Shown: one piece after another, positions 1 to 7,417 of the stretch
Numbering within the stretch: position 1 is the first letter of the stretch
Layout of the letters: the number at the start of each line of letters is the position of its first letter
Origin: an uncultured Acetatifactor sp.
GTDB lineage: Bacteria > Bacillota > Clostridia > Lachnospirales > Lachnospiraceae
Assembly (NCBI GenBank): GCA_910587755.1
Contig: CAJUNZ010000003.1
Span: 1,908 to 65,907, forward strand
Direction: 5' to 3'
Length of the DNA: 64,000 nucleotides
Position numbers and translations under genes: made by a program
The notes under the pieces: generated by a model
What the model was told of the DNA's origin: nothing
Databases searched by the model: none
Seen by the model: only the letters and a program-made list of their open reading frames with translations

Positions 1-72
1 TGCACATCCATTACCTGCTGCATCTGCGGAATCCCGCGCCTGAGTTCCCATGGGTCCTGGCATACCCAATAC

Positions 73-91
73 CCGTCCCCAAAAGGGACGG
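73..91. terminator. GC-rich hairpin (CCGTCCC-CAAAA-GGGACGG), possible 3' end or processing site
   Basis: 7-bp perfect stem with no clear U tract. Confidence 0.3.
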
Positions 92-167
92 CTTCCAATG
101 CCGTTCTTGTTTTTATCTGCTCAGACAGTACCTGCCTTAAGCTATCAAAAGAATTTTCCCGCAGTCC

Positions 168-342
168 TGTTCCCGTTTCCGGTTCTGGTCAAATACAGCC
201 TGACGGCGCATTCATCCACGGAATCCTTCATAATGAACCTGTGTCATCTATTTCTCAATTCAAACCTTACCTGCTTCATCATCACATCTATTCTGAACTC
301 TTAATTCAAATTTTTTCCGGCCTATCCTTTGCCGTCCACGCC
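168..342 (-). ncRNA. Candidate omega/guide RNA region downstream of the dead TnpB
   Basis: Non-coding region directly after the stop, where TnpB/TldR RNAs usually lie. Hairpin potential at 211-237; reads ...GTCAGGCTGTATTTGAC-CAGAACCGG. Position-based inference only. Confidence 0.35.
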
Positions 343-1668
343 TCAAGTCTCACCAGCATTCCCGGCCTTCAGCTTTTTTCCCCGGTTCAGCACATTTACA
401 GCTGTATTCTGTCTCTCCGGCATCTCCTGTCCGCAGGAATTGCAGCGGAATATATCCCCTTCCTTCCTGCCCTCCGCCCCGCAGCGGCAGCATTCGGTGC
501 TGATACCCTTTCCAAACACCTCCGCAAGCTCCACGGACCGTTCCCTGCACTTGCGTTCCAGCCTCTTTTTCACATAGCCTCTCTGCCACATGTTCAGACC
601 CGCATTCACTTTCCGGTTCACTCCTGCTTTCACCATACCAGGAAGTTTTGGAATATACACCACTCCGGGCTTTTCTGTCTCCAGCAGCCGGTTGATCTCC
701 GCATTCACATAAGCGTGCAGCGCCGTCTCCAGCCGCCTCTTTCCCGCAGTATATTTTTTCATGCCCGGATTATTTTCCGCATTTCTGCGGTGACGGGACA
801 GCCGCTCCCTGACATATTCCGTCAGCGCGGACTGATATTCAAAATATTTCTCCCCATACATCTGCCCCGTATGAGTGACAAACATGCACCGAAGCCCCAG
901 GGCCAGGCCGATTTCCCCTTCATATCCTCTAGGGTGCCTCTGCTTTACCTCCACCGGCACATTCAAGGTAATGTTGCCTTCCTTCGGATAAAGCCGAAGG
1001 TATATCTGCCTGGAGTAGCGATTGTTATCCGTGAGCAGAATGAAAAGTCTCTGACGACTCTCTTTCATGGAAATGTATATCCCATGATCGGCATATCTGT
1101 ATCCCTTGGGCGAAATGGTAAATCCATCCGCCGTATCCGTGTGAGGTTTTACCAGGTGTCTCCTGACCTGCCTGCGCAGATACTGGTCCAGCCTGTATGC
1201 ATCCACACCTGCTCTGAGGGCCCCATAAGTCTCCCTCCAGTCCCCTCGAAGATCCGGTTCTCCTCCCGCCAGGACCGCTTCAAAGCAGCGGCTCTGTTTC
1301 ATCACAAAACGCAAATAATGTCTGTCTTCTGCAGTCAGCTCTGCATTTACCTGAATGTTCTTCTCTATCCGGCTCTTGATACGGGTCCATTGGCTTTTAA
1401 TATCACCCAAAGCATCAAAGATAGAGAGGTAAAAGAACACCGATGGAAGTCCCAGCCTCTCCCGCAGCCCGCTTTTGGTCATTTCATTCTGCACCGTATA
1501 GCCTGGATAAATCTTGGGGAGCCCCCCTATACCTCCATACCGGTCATACACAAAATTGCGAACTTTTCTGCAATCTTCCGCAATCTCCTGCAGCCTTGCC
1601 ATATCCCTGACAGAAATCGGTTCCTTGTTATACTGATATACTGTCTTGTATATTGTCTCCTGGGCCAT
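343..1668 (-). CDS. Nuclease-dead TnpB/Cas12f-like protein (TldR-like), 441 aa
   Basis: C-terminal RuvC plus zinc-ribbon layout: EIGLALG (RuvC-I, D->A256), VVYIPKL (RuvC-II, E->P340), ISTECCRCG...FRCNSCG zinc finger, PERQNTAVNV (RuvC-III, D->R419). Start set at ATG 1668 after GAGGGTGG. Confidence 0.85.
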   Translation of the reverse strand: MAQETIYKTVYQYNKEPISVRDMARLQEIAEDCRKVRNFVYDRYGGIGGLPKIYPGYTVQNEMTKSGLRERLGLPSVFFYLSIFDALGDIKSQWTRIKSRIEKNIQVNAELTAEDRHYLRFVMKQSRCFEAVLAGGEPDLRGDWRETYGALRAGVDAYRLDQYLRRQVRRHLVKPHTDTADGFTISPKGYRYADHGIYISMKESRQRLFILLTDNNRYSRQIYLRLYPKEGNITLNVPVEVKQRHPRGYEGEIGLALGLRCMFVTHTGQMYGEKYFEYQSALTEYVRERLSRHRRNAENNPGMKKYTAGKRRLETALHAYVNAEINRLLETEKPGVVYIPKLPGMVKAGVNRKVNAGLNMWQRGYVKKRLERKCRERSVELAEVFGKGISTECCRCGAEGRKEGDIFRCNSCGQEMPERQNTAVNVLNRGKKLKAGNAGET

Positions 1669-1721
1669 AAATCTTTTCCACCCTCTGTCACCCGATAAAT
1701 CTCTCCAGGACTTCCAGTATA

Positions 1722-1750
1722 ATTTCGTAGAATAACTATTTCTACGAAAT
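1722..1750. repeat. Left inverted repeat / putative tyrosine-recombinase crossover site
   Basis: ATTTCGTAGAA-TAACTAT-TTCTACGAAAT, a perfect 11-7-11 palindrome. 1724-1749 is the exact reverse complement of 2149-2174. Confidence 0.85.
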
Positions 1751-1789
1751 CCTGCCGCAAACCTGATATTTTCTGCACCCAAAGCTTGT

Positions 1790-1927
1790 TTGACCAGAAT
1801 TTTGACGGTAAATACCTTTATGAAAGAACCGCCTTTTCGCCCGTCTCACCCTCCGCAGAGCTTGTTTTCTGCGCCTTTTCCAGACAGAGCCAGGACATTT
1901 CCTTGACCAGAATTTTGACGGCGAATA
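1790..1927 (+). repeat. Two 25-bp direct repeats TTGACCAGAATTTTGACGG(TA/CG)AATA (1790-1814, 1903-1927), arm-type-like sites
   Basis: 23/25 identical; internal TTGAC repeat at 12-bp period. A third degenerate copy lies at 2092-2116. Confidence 0.8.
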
Positions 1928-1972
1928 AAATTTTTTCAGGCCCTCTCTGATCAGAAACTTTCTCTGACAAGT

Positions 1973-1999
1973 TAAGAAACTGGATCCCTATGTCGATAG
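1973..1999 (+). promoter_or_regulatory. Possible sigma28/SigD-type promoter
   Basis: TAAG-N15-GTCGATAG versus consensus TAAA-N15-GCCGATAA. A second GTCGATAT lies at 2034-2041. Confidence 0.4.
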
Positions 2000-2091
2000 A
2001 GAAAGTGTTTGTACAGTTTTAGAATAATTTATTGTCGATATCTTTAATATTCTGCCAGAAATTACTTGAAAACTTAATTCCTGAAAAGTGA

Positions 2092-2120
2092 TTGACAAAT
2101 TATTTGACGGTATATATAAT
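2092..2120 (+). promoter_or_regulatory. Perfect sigma70/SigA promoter inside the invertible segment
   Basis: TTGACA (2092-2097), 17 bp, TATAAT (2115-2120). Confidence 0.9.
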
Positions 2121-2147
2121 GAGTACAGTGGCTTTTGCGCCAGAGAG

Positions 2148-2176
2148 GTTTCGTAGAAATAGTTATTCTACGAATA
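2148..2176. repeat. Right inverted repeat / putative tyrosine-recombinase crossover site
   Basis: GTTTCGTAGAA-ATAGTTA-TTCTACGAATA; the spacer is the reverse complement of the left-site spacer. Confidence 0.85.
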
Positions 2177-2391
2177 CCCACATCAAGAAGCACCAGCTGG
2201 GATGTGCTGTATATCGGCTGTTGCTTTATTTTATTTCGTGTTGTTTTACTCTCTTCTTCACAGCAATCACAATACATGGCGTCCCTCCGCAGTTTCCATG
2301 TATTTATGCTTTGATGAGCATATAACAGCATTCATACATAGTGAAGAAAACGAAAAAAGGCTGGTTCCTAAACTGCGGAAGGAGAATTTAT

Positions 2392-3054
2392 ATGCAATTT
2401 GAGCTGATGGCGTCAATGATGTGCGCCAACTATGGCAATCTTGAAAAAGAAGTAAAGGCCTTGGAGGAGGGAGGAATAGACTCTTTCCATATAGATATCA
2501 TGGACGGGCGGTATGTGCCGAACTTTGCCATGTCCCTGAACGATCTGCGGTACATCACTATGGCCACAAAAAAGCCTGTGGACGTGCATTTGATGATAGA
2601 GCACCCCTGCAATAATATCGGTATCTTTTTAGGGTGTCTTCGTAAGGGCGACACGGTATATATCCATCCGGAGGCGGAATACCATCCTTCCACCACCCTG
2701 CAGAAAGTCATCAACGCAGGGATGATTCCCGGTATTGCAATCAATCCCGGCACTTCTGTGGAGACGGTAATGGAGCTTCTTCGCATTGTGAGAAAAGTGC
2801 TTGTGATGTCCGTGAACCCCGGAAATGCCGGACAGATGTACCTGCCCTATGTGGGTAAAAAGATCACCAAACTGCTGGCCCTAAAAGAAGATATGGACTT
2901 TGAGATCTGCTGGGACGGCGCCTGCAGTGCGGACAAGATTCTGGAATATGCCCCCAAGGGAGTGAAAGGGTTTGTGCTGGGCACCACACTGCTCTTCGGA
3001 AAAAAAGAATCCTATGGCGAAACCCTGCAGAATATTCGGGAACTGAAATTTTAG
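2392..3054 (+). CDS. Ribulose-phosphate 3-epimerase family protein (Rpe/AlsE-like)
   Basis: ASMMCAN, FHIDIMDGRYVPNF, DVHLMI, GIAINPGT, VLVMSVNPG motifs; AGGAG SD before ATG 2392. Confidence 0.92.
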   Translation: MQFELMASMMCANYGNLEKEVKALEEGGIDSFHIDIMDGRYVPNFAMSLNDLRYITMATKKPVDVHLMIEHPCNNIGIFLGCLRKGDTVYIHPEAEYHPSTTLQKVINAGMIPGIAINPGTSVETVMELLRIVRKVLVMSVNPGNAGQMYLPYVGKKITKLLALKEDMDFEICWDGACSADKILEYAPKGVKGFVLGTTLLFGKKESYGETLQNIRELKF

Positions 3055-3131
3055 ATTTCAAATTTAAATATGAAAATTGGGAATTCAGAACTTAAATTTA
3101 TAAATTTAGAATTCAAAGCTTAGATTTGAAA
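3042..3131. repeat. Degenerate AT-rich heptamer tandem array (consensus ATTYARA)
   Basis: From 3062: atttaaa tatgaaa attggga attcaga acttaaa tttataa atttaga attcaaa gcttaga tttgaaa. Confidence 0.65.
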
Positions 3132-3142
3132 ATCACACAGAC

Positions 3143-3169
3143 AAAAAAACCTGGTTTAGACAAACCAGG
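3143..3169 (-). terminator. Intrinsic terminator
   Basis: Minus strand CCTGGTTT-GTCT-AAACCAGG followed by T7. Confidence 0.85.
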
Positions 3170-3350
3170 CCCTGAAATGTTAAACTATAGCCAGCCCCAG
3201 AGCATATGGCCCTGCTGTCCGCGACTGACTCCCTGCCAGAGGCTAAGGAATTGTTAAAAGCACAGTTCCAAAATGCTGGAGCTGGCAACGATTCATGAAG
3301 TCCTGAACCACCGATTTTTCCGTGACAAAAACACTTTATAGAAAGAGTCT
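3143..3350 (-). ncRNA. Candidate structured RNA (~200 nt) after the GNAT gene
   Basis: Long stem 3190-3209 with 3268-3286 (a G-U wobble favours the minus strand), inner hairpin, ends in a terminator. No convincing CDS. Confidence 0.4.
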
Positions 3351-3845
3351 TCAAAAACGCTGTAACACCATCCTTTGCTCTATGCAGGGCGTTCCAAGCA
3401 GTATTTCCTGCTCTGTGCCGTCAAAACGAAAGCCATATTTTTCATAAAATCTTATCGCTTTCTCATTCCCCTTCAGCACCCAGAGACAGATTGCAGGGTG
3501 GGCGGCAAGCCTTTCCACCGCCTCATTCATAAGTGCAATTCCCACCTTCCTGCCCTGGTATGCCCGCAGAACATAGAGCGCAAAGATCTCACCATATTCC
3601 GCCATGGTTTCATCCCGATATCTGCCATATCCCGCAAAGCCAATAACCTTATTCCCATCCTTCGCCACCAGCAGATTATCTCTCCATGCACGGGCAATCT
3701 GTTCACAGCGTTCAAGTGTCACCGTCTTCATATATTCCCCATCCACCAGACCCTCATAGGTCTCATGCCAGGACTGAAAATGCACAAACGCCTTACCGCT
3801 GATTTCTTCATCTGTTCTCATCGGCACAATCGTGTACTCTCCCAT
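3351..3845 (-). CDS. GNAT family N-acetyltransferase
   Basis: EIFALYVLRAYQGRKVGIALM (motif A), LWVLKGNEKAIRFYEKYGF. Confidence 0.93.
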   Translation of the reverse strand: MGEYTIVPMRTDEEISGKAFVHFQSWHETYEGLVDGEYMKTVTLERCEQIARAWRDNLLVAKDGNKVIGFAGYGRYRDETMAEYGEIFALYVLRAYQGRKVGIALMNEAVERLAAHPAICLWVLKGNEKAIRFYEKYGFRFDGTEQEILLGTPCIEQRMVLQRF

Positions 3846-3932
3846 GACCGCCCCCTTGGCCCAAGACAAATAGGCTATCCTGAACCGTCTTTTCCCAAAC
3901 TGCCCGCCAGATAAGAAATACAAAAATTTCCC

Positions 3933-5276
3933 TCAGAGTTTGGGATTTTGTATCATAATAGGTTTCCCTGTTTTCTGATACAGCCACACAATGGAACTCC
4001 AGTCGCCGTAGTAGCCGTCGCTCACCGCTATGGCCCGATCCATGCTGGGGGAGTCATCATAGATGCCCCAGCCAGCCTCTCTGTACCTGCACACCATCTC
4101 CCCATACTCCCCCATAAGCTCCGGACGCATGGATGCAAGCGTAGCCTCCGTCAGCGGATGGGGCCTCCACAGCAGCACCACATCTTCCCGGTTCTCCTCA
4201 AAAATCTGCAGGTTTTCCTTGATCTTTTTCATCATGGCCTCACTGTCCTTCAGCAGGGCCGTCACGCTGGTATTGTAGAATATAACTTTTCTGCGGCTGC
4301 CATCCTCCCTCTGAATCAGCCTGTCCCAGCTCTCCGGCAGCTCAAAGTCCTCTCTCCGCAGACCGCAGACCCGATCCACCTTGGGGGAGCCCAGTCCCAG
4401 TATCTTTTTCTCCCATGTAGGCCGAAGACTCTCATCTGTGTGCCTGGTGAGCACATCCACATAAATCTGCCGCATGGCCTCCGACTGCACCACCACCCGG
4501 TCCGCATTCATCACCCCTGCAGTGGTGACAAAATGCTCCATTCCTTCCACTGCCTCCTTATCGGAGGGGTCGATCTCGGCCAGGATAAAGTAGGGAATAT
4601 AGACCAGCTTATCTGTAAACTGCTTCAGGTTTTTAGAGTAAAAAAACGGAGGCACACTGGTGACAAAATTTCCCTCATCATAAGGGTTGTGAATGAAAAT
4701 AACATCCGGGTGTCTGGCCTCAAAATCATAGGATTCATAGCCCATCACCGGCACTTCCTCCGGGTACTGGGCAATCTCATAGTGCAGTTCCCCGAAAGAA
4801 CCGTCAGGATTCTTGTCATAATAGGGAATAGGGATAACCAGTGCCCTGCAGTCCGGATCTTCATCCGCCGCCTTCCACACAGACTCCAGAGAATCCCACA
4901 TGGAAGCTTTATAAGGCAGAAACACCACTTCCCTCTGAATCCGAATCTCATGGTTGATGGAATTTTCCACCCGCACCAGAAGTTTTCTGAGCTTTTTCTG
5001 CATCTGCCATGTATTCACGGAAGCTCCCTCCAGAAGCTTCTCACAGAACTGGTACAGAACCTCGCAGTACTCCTCCAGGCAGCGGACCGTCTCCGTCCCC
5101 TCCCCCTCCGTACTGTCAACCAGAGTGCCGATACCTATGGCCCCCTGCTGACACTGCTCCATAAGCTCTGCCGCGCCCTGAACCCGTTTATTCTCAATCA
5201 GTTTCACAATCTCCCCATGTGCCTCACTGAGCACTTCTATGGTCTCCAGGCACTGCTTCTTCTGAAAATTTCTCAT
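3933..5276 (-). CDS. CDP-glycerol/polyol glycerophosphotransferase (TagF-like) family protein
   Basis: LGSPKVD, LLWRPHP, YYGDWSSIVWLYQKTGKPI motifs; next to CDP-polyol synthesis genes. Confidence 0.65.
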   Translation of the reverse strand: MRNFQKKQCLETIEVLSEAHGEIVKLIENKRVQGAAELMEQCQQGAIGIGTLVDSTEGEGTETVRCLEEYCEVLYQFCEKLLEGASVNTWQMQKKLRKLLVRVENSINHEIRIQREVVFLPYKASMWDSLESVWKAADEDPDCRALVIPIPYYDKNPDGSFGELHYEIAQYPEEVPVMGYESYDFEARHPDVIFIHNPYDEGNFVTSVPPFFYSKNLKQFTDKLVYIPYFILAEIDPSDKEAVEGMEHFVTTAGVMNADRVVVQSEAMRQIYVDVLTRHTDESLRPTWEKKILGLGSPKVDRVCGLRREDFELPESWDRLIQREDGSRRKVIFYNTSVTALLKDSEAMMKKIKENLQIFEENREDVVLLWRPHPLTEATLASMRPELMGEYGEMVCRYREAGWGIYDDSPSMDRAIAVSDGYYGDWSSIVWLYQKTGKPIMIQNPKL

Positions 5277-5321
5277 TCCTGCCCCCTGCCGGGCACTGTA
5301 CGCGCCCTAAATCATATTCTT

Positions 5322-5391
5322 AAAACCGGATCCGATATACCTGATCCGATATATCAGATCCGAAAAACCAAATCCAAAAAAACAGATCCAA
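5322..5391. repeat. Five tandem 14-bp degenerate repeats
   Basis: aaaaccggatccga tatacctgatccga tatatcagatccga aaaaccaaatccaa aaaaacagatccaa. Confidence 0.8.
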
Positions 5392-5508
5392 AAAACTTGA
5401 AACCATCCCTTTCCTGCCTGCGGAATTTCCTGTCCGACGGCATTCCTCCGCCGGATATCTTCCCGTTCCCGCCCTTAGAACTGTGCCGAAAAAAGATGTA
5501 CGCCAAGT

Positions 5509-6564
5509 TCAAAACATTGTCATAATTTTAATATAATCCTGGGTCTTATCCCGCATAATATGAAGCCCCCGATGCAGCTCCTCCAGAGAATATCTGTGAG
5601 TGATAAGCCTGCCGGGATCCACCCGCTTCGCCCCAAGACGTTCCATGCAGTAGTTCCAGTCATCATCCGCCCCATGGGTAAACGAAGAGTTCCAGGTTCC
5701 CGTGATCCGCAGCTGATGGCGCAGAATTTTCCAATAGGTTTCCATCTCCAAAGCCATGGAGGAGGCAGGATTTCCCATGAGACAGATCCGCCCCCCTGGA
5801 GCAGTGTTTTCCACCGCCTGGGCCACCGTCTCATTCTTTCCCACACACTCAAAGAACACATCCGCCCCCAGGCCGCCGGTCCGCTCCCGGATCCACTGAC
5901 CCGGATCCTGAGTCCTGCTGTCACAGTAGTCCCCCGATTCCATCCCCAGTTCCAAAACCATCTTCCGCTGGGCCTCCTTGTTGCCCACCACCAGAATCCT
6001 GCCCGCCTCCTGGACCCCCGCCTCTCTCAAAAACATCAAAAGCAGCAGGCCGATGGTTCCCAGGCCGCACACCACAGCGGTCTCCCCCTTCTCCGGCAGA
6101 GCCCTCCGCATGGCATGCACCGCCACCGCCATAGGTTCCAGCATGGCAGCCTCCTCATAGGAAACCTGTTCCGGCAGCGGAATCAGATTCCAGGCCGGAA
6201 CCGCCGCATACTCTCCAAAGCCCCCGTCCCTGCGGGAACCCAGATAGCCATAGTTTTGGCACATCTCGAACTGTCCTTTTCTGCAGGGCAGGCACTCCCT
6301 GCAGGGAATCAGCGGAAACACACCTGCCCGCCGCCCCTGCCAGGCAGGATCCACTCCCGGTCCCGTCCGGACCACCAGGCCGGAAAACTCATGCCCCGGA
6401 ATCAGGGGATGTACATGGGCCCCCGTCCTGTATATTCTCGGAATATCCGACCCGCAGATCCCCGCTGCCTTTACCTGCAGCAACACTTCCCCCTTAGCCA
6501 GAATCGGCTCCTCCACCGTCTCCCAGCGCAGGTCATCCACCCCCTGCAGCACCCATGCCTTCAT
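5509..6564 (-). CDS. Zinc-dependent polyol(-phosphate) dehydrogenase (GatD/TarJ-like)
   Basis: GICGSD, GHEFSG, CRECLPC...C zinc site, GLGTIG Rossmann motif. Confidence 0.9.
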   Translation of the reverse strand: MKAWVLQGVDDLRWETVEEPILAKGEVLLQVKAAGICGSDIPRIYRTGAHVHPLIPGHEFSGLVVRTGPGVDPAWQGRRAGVFPLIPCRECLPCRKGQFEMCQNYGYLGSRRDGGFGEYAAVPAWNLIPLPEQVSYEEAAMLEPMAVAVHAMRRALPEKGETAVVCGLGTIGLLLLMFLREAGVQEAGRILVVGNKEAQRKMVLELGMESGDYCDSRTQDPGQWIRERTGGLGADVFFECVGKNETVAQAVENTAPGGRICLMGNPASSMALEMETYWKILRHQLRITGTWNSSFTHGADDDWNYCMERLGAKRVDPGRLITHRYSLEELHRGLHIMRDKTQDYIKIMTMF

Positions 6565-6606
6565 CCCTTTCCTCCTCCACAAAAACTTCCGGCAGCGCCC
6601 ATCTTC

Positions 6607-7314
6607 TTATTCCCCGGAACATCTGCGGGCAAGAATCTCCTCAAACCGTCTCAGATCCTCCATCGTGGTTATCTTGAAATTCCCCTCATCCCCGGGGATT
6701 ATGGCAATGTCCATGCCCGCCAAAACCGCAGGTTCCGTGGAACCGTTGATTCCCCTGATCCCATCCGGAAGCAGTCTCAGGTTGGCCTCATAATACCGCC
6801 CCAGCCGAAACACCTCCGGTGCCTGCCCTGCAAAAATTTCACTGCGTTTTAACAGGGATGTGATGGTCTTCCCGTCGCTGCTGGCGTACACTGTATCCTT
6901 CATGGGAAGTACCGGCAGAACACCCTCGTGGGACTGTGCCGCCTCCAGGCAGGCCGAGACCATCTCCTCCGTCAGCAGAGGCCTGGCAGCGTCATGGATG
7001 AGCACACAGTCCTCCTCCCCTCCATAGGCCCTGATATCCTCCAGCCCCTGGAGAATAGAAAGCTGTCTGTTCTCCCCCGGATCAGAAAAACCCCGGAATT
7101 TTCCATCCCTGTCAAATGTCTCCAGACACTCCCGAATCTTTTCCCTCCAACAGGGCTGAGCCACAATCTGAATGGCGTCCACCCCCCTGTGCAGGGCCAG
7201 ACATTCTATGCAGTACCCTATGACGGGCCGTCCCCCTGCCTCAATATACTGCTTTGGAATCTCCGCCCCCAGGCGCAGCCCTGCACCCCCGGAGAGTATC
7301 AGTGCAATATTCAT
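6607..7314 (-). CDS. IspD/TarI family cytidylyltransferase
   Basis: LSGGAGLRLG...PKQY, LIHDAARP, QAPEVF, NFKITT motifs. Confidence 0.92.
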   Translation of the reverse strand: MNIALILSGGAGLRLGAEIPKQYIEAGGRPVIGYCIECLALHRGVDAIQIVAQPCWREKIRECLETFDRDGKFRGFSDPGENRQLSILQGLEDIRAYGGEEDCVLIHDAARPLLTEEMVSACLEAAQSHEGVLPVLPMKDTVYASSDGKTITSLLKRSEIFAGQAPEVFRLGRYYEANLRLLPDGIRGINGSTEPAVLAGMDIAIIPGDEGNFKITTMEDLRRFEEILARRCSGE

Positions 7315-7417
7315 AGTTCCCCCATCCTGGACCAACTGCCTTCCCAAATCAACATGGCCCCTGCGAATACCTCACCCCGCAGACCAATAAACAAAAAAAC
7401 ATCGAATCTGCAATGCC

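Larger units (their letters stand above)
1722..2176. mobile_element. Putative invertible promoter segment (inverton)
   Basis: Non-coding segment bounded by a 26-bp perfect inverted repeat, containing an outward-facing consensus promoter, between divergent genes. Confidence 0.75.

Noticed and set aside
183..208. IS110 bridge-RNA or TIGR-like dual guide, since the two halves match opposite strands of 1903-1923
   Set aside because: Topology is suggestive, but there is no IS110 or Nop-domain protein in the window and only one unit. Kept only as a shared-motif observation.
343..1782. Active IS200/IS605 transposon or Cas12 nuclease; ORF start at 1782
   Set aside because: Catalytic residues absent, no tnpA and no cas genes. 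The 1782 start runs through the left inverted repeat, whereas ATG 1668 has an SD-like sequence.
1790..2116. CRISPR mini-array made of the 25-bp repeats
   Set aside because: Only two to three copies, gaps of 88 and 164 bp, non-palindromic; better explained as protein-binding sites.
2074..2402. Short ORFs at 2074-2331, 2092-2325 and 2202-2402, and the rpe start at 2341
   Set aside because: They overlap promoter, inverted repeat and leader, with no SD or protein-like features. The FRRNSYST peptide shared with the 343-1782 ORF just reflects the DNA repeat.
3143..3350. 6S RNA, SRP RNA or T-box identity; 73-aa ORF 3133-3354
   Set aside because: No diagnostic motifs recognised; the ORF runs through the terminator.
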